A DNA stretch of 64,000 bases. It comes from Heptranchias perlo. Taxonomy: Eukaryota. Each line of letters opens with the position of its first letter. Position 1 is the first letter of the stretch. The position numbers were made by a program, and so were the translations under genes. Location of the stretch: contig NW_027139442.1 of the NCBI RefSeq assembly GCF_035084215.1, positions 11,222,001-11,286,000 of the forward strand, written 5' to 3'. Shown here one piece after another: positions 53,455 to 64,000 of this stretch. The notes beneath the pieces are model-generated. The model saw nothing but the letters and a program-made list of their open reading frames with translations, had not been told where the DNA came from and ran no database searches.

Positions 53455-54245
53455 GGACAAGTCTCTGTCCATCTCAGTCCTTGAATCCAGTCCCCACACA
53501 GGAACTGTCTCTGTCCATCCCAGTACCTGAATCTATCCAGTCCCCACACAGGACCAGTCTGCATCCATCCCGGTGCCTGAATCTATCCAGTCCCCTCACA
53601 GGACCAGTCTCCATCCATCCAGGTCCCTGAATCAATCCAGTCCCCACACAGGACCAGTCTCCATCCATCCCAGTGCCTGAATCTATCCAGTCCGCACACA
53701 GGACCAGTCTCCATCCATCCCAGTACCTGAATCTATCCAGTCCCCACACAGGACCAGTCTCCATCCATCCCAGTACCTGAATCTATCCAGTCCCCTCACA
53801 GGACCAGTCTCCATCCATCCAGGTCCCTGATTCTATCCAGTCCCCACACAGGACCAGTCTCCATCCATCCCAGTACCAGAATCTATCCAGTCCCCACACA
53901 GGACCAGTCTCCATCCATCCCAGTGCCTGATTCTATCCAGTCCCCACACAGGACCAGTCTCCATCCATCCCAGTGCCTGAATCTATCCAGTCCCCACACA
54001 GGACCAGTCTCCATCCATCCCAGTGCCTGATTCTATCCAGTCCCCACATCGGACCAGTCTCCATCTATCCCAGTACCTGAATCTATCCAGTCCCCACACA
54101 GGACCAGTCTCCATCCATCCCAGTGCCTGATTCTATCCAGTCCCCACACAGGACCAGTCTCCATCCATCCCAGTGCCTGATTCTATCCAGTCCCCTCACA
54201 GGACCAGTCTCCATCCATCCCAGTGCCTGATTCTATCCAGTCCCA
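53455..54245. repeat. 50-bp minisatellite, about 15-16 near-identical copies
   Basis: CCAGTCCCCACACAGGACCAGTCTCCATCCATCCCAGT(A/G)CCTGAATCTAT at 50-bp spacing. Confidence 0.95.
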
Positions 54246-54579
54246 TACTGACCCAAGCACGGAAAGGTATAGAGTGCCTTCCACACCGATTTATGTTTAT
54301 TGAACTATTGGGCGCCTCCTGTCAGCTACAAATCTGAAAAAGAAAACTCCCTCTTCCAACGGTCCCGGAGCGGCACTGATTGATTCTGTTATGATAGTGA
54401 TTGTATTGGAACTGTAGTGTGCCTCAATTATTGAATTTAAATTGTATTTTCCGCCTTTTTTTTCGAGCAATCCTTGAATATCAAGCCGGAGTCTGTAATG
54501 ATTGTGTCCGAATTTATGTTCCGCATTTTATACTGGTGAAAATTTTAAAAAGGACCGTAACTAATTCCTGGAGGCGGAG

Positions 54580-54730
54580 CTAAAAGTTGCACGTCCGCTT
54601 GTCCGTCATTCTGATCCAGTCTCCTCCCCTCCCGCACTTCATGCTCTGTCTGTCATTCAAACACTCCTCCCCGCCCTCTCCGATAATGTGCCTTTCTCAA
54701 CCAGGTCGGGGCGGGCTTTATAAATACAGA
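54580..54730 (+). promoter_or_regulatory. H4 promoter (HINFP-like, site II-like, GC box, TATA)
   Basis: ACGTCCGC (~54591), TCAACCAGGTCGG (~54697), GGGGCGGG, TATAAATA (~54719). Confidence 0.7.
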
Positions 54731-54770
54731 AGAAAGGCGAGGGTTTTTCATTCAGCAGCGATCTGAGTGA

Positions 54771-55091
<321 letters not shown>

Positions 55092-55126
55092 ACGACTCGA
55101 CCCTTTCTAACCGGACACAAAACAAA

Positions 55127-55142
55127 GGCTCTTCTAAGAGCC
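55127..55142 (+). terminator. Histone 3' stem-loop (H4 copy 2)
   Basis: GGCTCTTCTAAGAGCC-ACCCA. Confidence 0.96.
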
Positions 55143-56419
55143 ACCCACCGCCTCACAGAGAGAGCACTGACCTGGGAACTGGTGCGGGGTTATATTGGGC
55201 TAGGGAATAGTTTTATAATTAAAGAGTTTTCTGTGACACACAGTACGGTGAGGTGGGATCGGCGGCGAGCTGTACCGGTTACTGAGAGGGAACCTTCCCT
55301 TATTGAGTGCACTGAATTGTCCAGGGAACGTTACAAGTGAGTTTACCCCGAGCCGAATTCCCCACTCAGTGAATTGTTCCTTCACTCCATTCGCTCTGTT
55401 TTTGTTCTATTTATCAGTCAGATGTTGTGATGTGGGACCGGGGGTTTCCATGGGAGAACAGGTTGAGCTGAGCCGCTGTGATAAGGGCCCAGCTTGTGAT
55501 ATGGATTTTCCCTCTGACGGTTGTTTCTGACACTGATACTGAGAGGGTTTGTGAAATTGAACCGTTTGAGCTCAGTCATTGGGGACCTGGAATTACCACA
55601 GGCCCAACTGGCAAACCCCGCTGGAAATAGAGGCTACTTCTCATTGGTTGCTTTGCTTGAAAACTACTTTCCTTAACCAATCGGAGAGACGACAATAAGA
55701 AAACGGAGCAAATTGTTGGCCACAATTGACCGATTTTTTAAAATTTGAAAAAAGCCGCCAATTTCAGTGTATGAAATAAGTGAATTACTCGGACATGTCG
55801 TTTTTACACAAAGACTTAAAATCTCTTTGTAATAATGTTATTCCGTATTACACGTCCCAAATTCCGAGCGCTGTTTCAAAAACACATTGTCTATAACTTG
55901 CGGAATATAACCCCAATCATAGATTGCTGATATGGACAAATTTCACTTCTACCTGTAAAAATAACAAACTCCAGGTTATCAATTGATTCCGTTGCAGGGA
56001 CTGAACAGGAACCGTGTGTCCTGAAAACGGAATCATGGACGAAGCCTGAAAATGAGCCAATTCTTTTCTCCAGTCGTTCATTCTGGATTGTTACACTGCG
56101 GGGAACGTGCTGCTAATATGCGGGATATTAAGATCAGTAATTAATTATTTCAGAGATTGGCTCCACAGTGAGAAAGAGGAAGGAACTGAATTCTGATTCA
56201 TAGCCCTGAAACTGGTGGTTCACGGGAAAACCGGGGGCGGTGTAAATCTGAATGAGAGCGAGAGCAAAGCAAAAGGGAATTGAACGGACCCCGGCCCCGT
56301 GTTCACTTTATTGGGCAGTAAATTCTACAGAGACAAACATTAAAATGGAGTAGTTTCAGTGAATTTCTTTCAATTTATCCACCAGATTCAAAGGATGATG
56401 ACCGAGGAAAGCAGCAACT

Positions 56420-58090
56420 CTGTATCTGTCAGTCTCTGGTCCCGTATGTGAGTCGGATTCATTCTGAATCTGTCAGTCTCTGGTACTGTGTGTGAGTGTG
56501 GGATTCATTCTGTATCTATCAGCCTCTAGTACTGTGTGTGAGTGTGGGATTCATTCTGTATCTGTCAGTCTCTCGTACTGTGTGCGCTGTGGGATTCATT
56601 CTGTATCTATCAGTCTCTGGTACTGTGTGTGAGTGGGATTCATTCTGTATCTGTCAGTCTCTAGTACTGTGTGTGAGTGTGGGATTCATTCTCTATCTAT
56701 CAGTCTCTGGTCCTGTGTGTGAGTGTGGGATTCATTCTGTATCTGTCAGTCTCGGGTACTGTGTGTGAGTGTGGGATTCTTTCGAGATCTGTCAGTCTCT
56801 GGTACTGTGTGCGAGTGTGGGATTCATTCTGTATCTGTCATTCTCTGGTACTGTGTGTGAGTGTGGGAATCATCCTGTATCTGTCAGTCTCTGGTACTAT
56901 GTGTGAGTGTGGGATTCATTCTGTATCTGTCAGTCTCTGGTACTGTATTTGAATGTGGGATTAATTCTAAATCTCTCTATCTCTTGTCCTGTGTGTGAGT
57001 GTGGGGTACATTCTGTATTCGTCAGTTTCTGGTACTGTGTGTGAGAGAGGGATTTATTCTGTATCTGTCAGTCTCTTGGCCTGTTTGTGAATGTTGGATT
57101 CATTCTGGATCTGTCCGTCTCTGGTACTGTGTGTGAGTGTGGGATTCATTCTGTATCTGTCAGTTTCTGGTACTGTGTGTGAGTGTGGGATTCATTCTGT
57201 ATCTGTCAGTCTCTGGTACTGTATTTGAATGTAGGATTCAATCTAAATCTGTCAGTCTCTTGTCCTGTGTGTGAGTGTGGGGTGCATTCTGTATTTGTTA
57301 GTCTCTGGTACTGTGTGTGAATGTGGGATACATTCTGTATCTGTCAGTCTCTGGTACTGTGTGTGAGTGAGGGATTTATTCTGTATCTGTTCGTCTCTGG
57401 TACTGTGTGTGAGTGTGGGATTCACTCTGTATCTGTCAGTCTCTAGTAATGTATCTGAGTGTGAGATTCATTCTGTGTCTATATTTATTCTCTCAGATTA
57501 CATTATGGTGTTCAATATTGTAGCTTTAATATCTTAATGTTTAAATAGTTTTTATCAATATGGATACACTATAGGATTTGATGCTGGAGGTTTTAATCAG
57601 ATAATTTGTGTGCTTTTTGGACAACTATTAAATCTGTATCTCTGAGTAATATTGTGAATGATAATGTATCTTTCAAACTGACATTTTTGAATTGGTACAT
57701 AATGTGCAGATCAGTCTGCACGAAATGAATTGATACTGCATCTTTAATTTTTGTTTTGTAAGATTTTTGGACTTGTGTGTCTGTGATACTGTGTCATTAA
57801 ATCTCTTGAGTATATTATAAACTGGTATCTAATGTGTTTCTCAGGTTATACTGTCACAGCATTTCTCAACCTGATATTGTACATGAGTTTTGGACTTGCA
57901 ATTTGTATCCGAATGATGCACTATTCGAATGAATAAGGCATGTATTGAACTCACGTGTGTGTGAGAGTTCTGGTTTCGTATTCAATTTGAATCTCGGGGT
58001 ATCTGGTATTTAATTCACGGCTAATATTGCCATTTTGTGAAATTGACAATCTGAAAACGAGACTTTGGACTGGGATTTTTGTATCTACCT
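56420..58090 (-). repeat. Inverted composite satellite block (46-bp array 56420-57480, then 82-bp-like)
   Basis: Reverse complement of the 46-mer: TGTGTGAGTGTGGGATTCATTCTGTATCTGTCAGTCTCTGGTACTG. Confidence 0.9.
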
Positions 58091-58129
58091 GCCAGCGGGA
58101 CTGAGTTCGGGAGAAATGGAACAGTGTCT

Positions 58130-58440
58130 GCCTCACCTCCTCTGTTTGGCTGTTGGATTGAAAATGTGTCTCTGGAATTGGGATCAGTGTGGGACTGACT
58201 ACTTCTGCTGTCTGAGACTGTGGAACTGATGACCTGTCTGTGTCTCTGTGCTCTGAGAGTGATAATATACCTACTGTGTGTGAGAAGGCGCTGGCTGCAC
58301 TGTTCCTTTACCTCGGGTGGAGGAAACGTCACGTTCACTCTGGCTCGTTCAAGGGTTTGCCTGTGGAAAGAAACGTATCGCATGTAACTCAAGAACAGGT
58401 GAGGTAGAAAATACGTAAGTGATCAGTTTAATAACTGTTA
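58130..58440 (-). other. Inverted partial copy (exon 3 and flanking intron) of the unidentified unit
   Basis: Reverse complement matches 40125-40430; a 1-nt deletion shifts the frame near the exon end. Confidence 0.7.
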
Positions 58441-59317
58441 ACCCATCAACACATCCAGTGCCACATTTGGACAGAGAAACTACTGGCAAACAGGTACAGA
58501 ATGGTCTGATTCCGGTCCTACACTTTCACGTGAGGCATCTACACCCCCAGTGTCAATCTAACTCGGACATCGATACAGGGAGAGGCTCGGGCACTCGTGC
58601 AAAGTACAAGAGATGCAAGTTTTCATTTCCGATATAGTATCAGCTTGGCACTGTTGGAAATATTTTCATCTCTAATGAACCAGACTCGGATCAAATAAAG
58701 TTTGTCTATTTTTCCTCTCCAGTTATTGTGACAGAGGCTGTTTCACTGTAACTCGCACGAATAGAACTTAAGTGTTTTCGCTCAGCGCTAGAATCAGAAG
58801 CAGTGTAAAACTTAGTGTCACATTCACTGCGGTACTCGTCACTGACACAGGAACAGACTGACAGGGACAGAATAAATCCCTCACTCAGCCAATAACAGAC
58901 AAATTTCATTCACTGATTCAGCAATCGCTGACACAATAATCAACACATCCGTCACCTTCTGGCGGACAAATCTGGGTATTGGAAGTCAGACCGAGTAAGT
59001 GTTCTGGGAGGATGAGACTGTAAATAACACTTACAATAATGGCCGCAACACAATAGAGTGCCTCTTGTTGCCGATGATCAAACTCACCTGGTATTTCTGT
59101 ATTCCACCCTCCCAGTTTAATGAACTGATTATTTTGTGCCTCATTTCCTATACAATCTGTAAATTTCAACCTATTGGAGGTTGGCGACATCTACTGTCCA
59201 GAAGCGAGTATTGAACAGATCATTTGTATTCAACAACATATCGTTAGTTTCTAACTAAGCGATTTATTATTAAATTAAGCTCTGACTCGCTTCAGCCCTT
59301 TCATAGATACAGTGGGT

Positions 59318-59333
59318 GGCTCTGAAAAGAGCC
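59318..59333 (-). terminator. Histone 3' stem-loop (H2A copy 3)
   Basis: GGCTCTTTTCAGAGCC-ACCCA on the minus strand. Confidence 0.97.
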
Positions 59334-59363
59334 TTTGGGTTATCAGATTAAATCTTGACCGGT

Positions 59364-59777
<414 letters not shown>

Positions 59778-60610
59778 TCAAAGAATGAAGAATGACTGCT
59801 GTATTAACCCTTTTTATTGACTGAAAGATCATCTGATTGGTTGGGCATTATTACACCTCATTTGCCTATTTCAATAACCAATCAGATAGCTGGAAATTAG
59901 ATGAGGGCGGGATTTAACGGCCTCAACGGACAGATCAGGAATTTTATGAATTTCAAAAAACCCGCCAGTGTGGTAAAGGACCGGATTTAGATCAATGTCG
60001 CCCTGAGCACAAGATTTTAAACCCATTCATTTTATCTTGTCTTATTCAGCGCTACCCGTCACCAATCGCTGGCGCTGTTTTAAAATCTGCTTTAATTTAT
60101 GGCTCATTCTATTATCGCTTACAAACTGTACCGGACGGGACTAAAGCCCCATTCATAGCATTCCGTGAAGGGACACGTTTCAATTCAGTCTTTATGAAAG
60201 TCACACGTTATAGTTTGTTCCTTTCTCACAGAGCCGGGAGTGCTTCTATGAAACGAGGGACCCGGACGGAATTCTCATTCTGCCCCTATTCCGCTGTGTT
60301 TCTGCAAGGGGTGCGTTTGCTTTTAATATGGGGATTTTCACCTCAGACATTAAACATTTCTGAGATTGAATTCATAGAGATAATGGAATTGCTCCCGGGG
60401 TCATTCAGGGTGTGTTCGTGGCTGGAATAGTAACGCTTTAAGAACAAAACGAATGGGAAGGAGCGGATCAGAAACTCGCGTTCAGTTTATGGGTCAGAAA
60501 TTTCAACGGTGCAGTTACAGTATCAGTTTTGGATTGGAATAATATCGCGGTATTAAAAAGATACTAAGCAATTATATAGGAACTGCAGCTCTTTCAGAGA
60601 GGTTGTGGGT

Positions 60611-60626
60611 GGCTCTTAAAAGAGCC
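60611..60626 (-). terminator. Histone 3' stem-loop (H2B copy 3)
   Basis: GGCTCTTTTAAGAGCC-ACCCA; HDE GAAAGAGCTG. Confidence 0.97.
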
Positions 60627-60658
60627 GTTGTGGTTTTTTTTCAGTACATTGTGGAGTT

Positions 60659-61033
60659 TCACTTGGAGCTGGTGTACTTGGTCACCGCCTTTGTCCCTTC
60701 CGACACAGCGTGCTTGGCCAGTTCCCCGGGCAGCAGCAGGCGCACGGCGGTCTGGATCTCCCGGGAGCTGATGGTCGCCCGCTTGTTGTAATGGGCCAGG
60801 CGGGAAGCCTCACCCGCGATGCGCTCGAAAATATCGTTCACAAAGGAGTTCATGATGCCCATGGCCTTGGAGGAGATGCCGGTGTCGGGGTGAACCTGCT
60901 TCATCACTTTGTAGATGTAGATGGAGTAACTCTCCTTCCTCGACTTTCTCCGCTTCTTGCCGCCCTTGGCTGGTGCTTTACTCAAGGTTTTCTTGGCGCC
61001 CTTCTTGGGAGCTGCTTTCTTGTCCTCAGGCAT
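60659..61033 (-). CDS. H2B: Histone H2B (124 aa), copy 3
   Basis: Intact ORF with TGA stop; differs from copy 1 by KAMG versus KAMS. Confidence 0.97.
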   Translation of the reverse strand: MPEDKKAAPKKGAKKTLSKAPAKGGKKRRKSRKESYSIYIYKVMKQVHPDTGISSKAMGIMNSFVNDIFERIAGEASRLAHYNKRATISSREIQTAVRLLLPGELAKHAVSEGTKAVTKYTSSK

Positions 61034-61934
61034 TTTCAAACTCAATTTGAGACTCAGAAATGACCCAAATCCGCTCCGAGCTCGGATTAAATTGGAAGCC
61101 GCACAACCCTATGGTAATGAGGGATGGGGGAAGGCAATGATTGTGATTGGGCCACTGATAGTGATGTCACAATAATTATTCACTGTAACTCTCTGATTGG
61201 ATACCTGAAGAAACCAATCAGATTTAGAACCTGCCACCAATCACAAACACGCTCACACTGCACATTGTCCGGTTTCAGCAATTTGTTCCGAACTGTTGCA
61301 GTTCTGCTTCCGGCCAGTAGATGTCCCCAATCCCCGGGTCAATGAAGTTTGCCGATGAGAGAGGGACAGAAGATAAACTCATTCTTCACATTATATTGCA
61401 CGAGTGTGATTTAGAAAAACTGGGAATGGAGACGAGATGCAAATACATTTTGTTAGACCAAACATTGGTTTTAATGCTGTGTTAAATTCTTGTAATTGAT
61501 TTTGGGATTATAGCCAATACTTCGACAAAATATACTTGCAGAACGGCCGTGTAAATGCGTATTGAATTTCAATATAGAAAGTTGTGAGCTGGTGCATTTT
61601 GTTAGGGGGAATAAGGAGGCCACATACTGCTTGGAAAATATGAGTTTAAAAGGGGTAGAGGAGCAATGTAAATCGTGTCCTGAGAAATCAGAGAGAAATA
61701 CTGCGCAATGTAAGTGAAAAATAACGGGGTAAATTCACAACTATCGAATGAGTGAAACAAAAACTTTATTTTGAATCAATTGTCTTCATTTTGCAATCAC
61801 AAAACGTGCAAAATTACGAGAGTAGAAGTGACAGACAGAAACTTTCCTCACATTGCACATTGTCCTGTTTCTGTCACCACGACAGATGATGTGAATTTGT
61901 TCCGCTCTTTCACAGTTCTCGCCTACGTCCAGTA

Positions 61935-64000
61935 GAGGTCAGTCTCTTGTACTGTGCATGAGAGCGGGATTTCATCTGTGTCTGTCAATCTCTGATACTG
62001 TGTGTGTGGGATTCATTCTGCATCTGTCATTCTCTGGTACTGAGTATGAGCATGGTATTTATTCTGTATCTCTGAGTCTCTGGCACTACATATGAGTTTA
62101 GGATCGTTCTGTATCTGCCATCTCTTTCACTGTATATGAGAGAGGGATTAATTCTGTATCTGCCAGTCTCAGGTACTGTGCATAAGTGTGGAATTAACTC
62201 TGTTACTGTCAGTCTCTGGTGCGATCTGTGAGTGTGGGATTCATTCTGCATCTGCCATTCTCAGCTACTTTATCTCAGTGTGGCATTCATTCTGTAATTC
62301 AGTCCCTGAGACAAAGTGCAAATGTGGATTCACTCTGTATTCTTATTTCAGTTCCCAGTATTTTACTTGAAACTGTATCTTTAATACTTTAAAGTATATG
62401 CAGTTTTTCGTCAAGTATTTAATTTGTAAATATGGATATATTTTTCGATTTTCTTTAATCAAACAAAGTGTGTGGGTTTTGGAGTAGTATTACATCTTAA
62501 TCTCTAAACTCATATGTGAATGATAATGTACCTTTCAATCTGTTCATGGTGAAATTATTGGACTGGTATGTAATGTGTAGCTCAGATCTGCAATAATGTC
62601 TGTGAGTACTGTCTGTGAGTGTGGGATTCATTGTGTTCCTGTCAGTTTCTGGTACTGTGTGTGAGTGAGCTTAATTTTGTATCTGTCAGTCTCTGGTGCT
62701 GTATGTGGGTGTGGGATTCATTCTGTATCTGTCAGTCTCTCGATCTGTATGCGAGTGTGGGATTCATTCTGTATCTGTCAGTCTCTGGTACTGTGTGTGA
62801 GTGTGGGATTCATTCTGTATCTGTCAGTCTCTGGTACTGTGTGTGAGTGTGGGTTTCATTCTGTATCGATCAGTCTCTGGTATTGCATGTGAGTGTGGGA
62901 TTCATTCTGTATATGTCAGTCCCTGGTACTGAATGTGAGTGTGGGATTCATTCTGTATCTGTCAGTCCCTGGTACTGAATGTGAGTGTGGGAATCATTCT
63001 GTATCTGTCAGTCCCTGGTACTGTGTGTGAGTGTGGGATTCATTCTGTATCTGTCAGTCTCTGGTACAGTCTGTGAGTGTGGGATTCATTCAATATCTGT
63101 TGGACCCTGGTATTGTGTGTGAATGAGGGTTTTATTCTGTTCCCCTCAGTGTCAGGCGATATATGTGAGGGAGTCATTCATTCTGCATCCATCAATTTCT
63201 AGTACTGTTTGTGAGTGATATGAATGTTGTCTCCGTCAGTCCGTGCTACAGTGTGCGAGTGTGGGTTTCATTCTGTTTTTCAGTCTCTGGTACTGTGGAA
63301 GTGTGTGTTTCATTCTATGTCTGTCAGTCCCTTGTACTGTGTGTGAGTGTCGGATTCATTCGGTATCTGTCAGTCACTGTTACGTTGTGTGAGTGTAGGA
63401 TTCATTCTGTATCTGTCAATCACTGGTATATTGTGCGAGTGTGGGTTTCATTCTATTTGTCAGCCTCTGGTACTGTGGGAGTGTGTGATTCATTCCATGT
63501 CTATCAGTCCCTTGTGCTGTGTGTGAGTGTCGGATTCATTTGGTATCTGTCAGTCAATGTTACATTGTTTGAGTGCTGGTTTCAATCTGCACCTCAGTAT
63601 CTGGCCCTCTATCTGAGTGTGAGATTCATTCTTTATCTGTATGTAATTTGCATCTCCGTTTGCACTATGGTGGTCAAAACTATCTTTAATACCTCAATAT
63701 ATCAATATTTTTTCCCAGTGTTTAATTGGTAGATAATGATACATTTTAAAATGTAATGTTGTAGGTTATAATCAGAGAATGTGGGCACTTTTTGGACTTC
63801 ATTTAAATCTGTATCGATGGGAAAACAATTGTGAATTAGTTTATCTTCCAAAATGATATGGTGACATTTTTGAACTTTTATATCATGTGGAGCTCAGTCT
63901 GCATGAATGGAACACAGTGTATTTCAGTCTGAATCCGTATCAGTTTTTTGTAGTGGTTTATAATGTGTAGATCAGTCTGCACTAATGCAATTGATACTGT
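61935..64000 (-). repeat. Inverted composite 46/82-bp satellite block, runs off the window end
   Basis: Reverse complement of the same units. Confidence 0.9.

Noticed and set aside
53455-54245. CRISPR-like regular repeats (also 5185-6455)
   Set aside because: Head-to-tail repeats without unique spacers, no cas genes, vertebrate context.

Overview
Vertebrate genomic DNA, most likely from a cartilaginous fish (inferred from the CR1 subfamily tails, the zinc-finger style and the histone H2B/H1 sequences; not verified). Positions 1-13.5 kb hold nested CR1 LINEs (one full-length but inactivated), several minisatellites, a 13-finger C2H2 zinc-finger gene, L2 and Tx1 LINE remnants and a CpG-island promoter. 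Positions 14-64 kb are a segmentally duplicated replication-dependent histone cluster with 10 histone genes (3 H2B, 3 H2A, 1 H3.2, 2 H4, 1 H1), each with a 3' stem-loop, separated by composite 46/82/39-bp satellite blocks. The most notable unexplained structures are: (i) an unidentified, apparently spliced transcription unit with an NRF1/ETS-type promoter, present as six full or partial copies among the histone genes, three of them fused to the H2B upstream promoter through a fold-back junction; (ii) exact-spacing CDE/CHR-type elements upstream of the H2A and H3 genes; (iii) tandem rather than divergent H2B-H2A pairs and an H1 promoter with an H1.0-like HINFP motif; (iv) signs of birth-and-death evolution (stop-loss H2B, H1-deleted paralog, orphan promoter) and a two-template inverted insertion. 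No novel enzyme system, tRNA, rRNA or CRISPR array was seen. Repeat boundaries were read by eye and are approximate.
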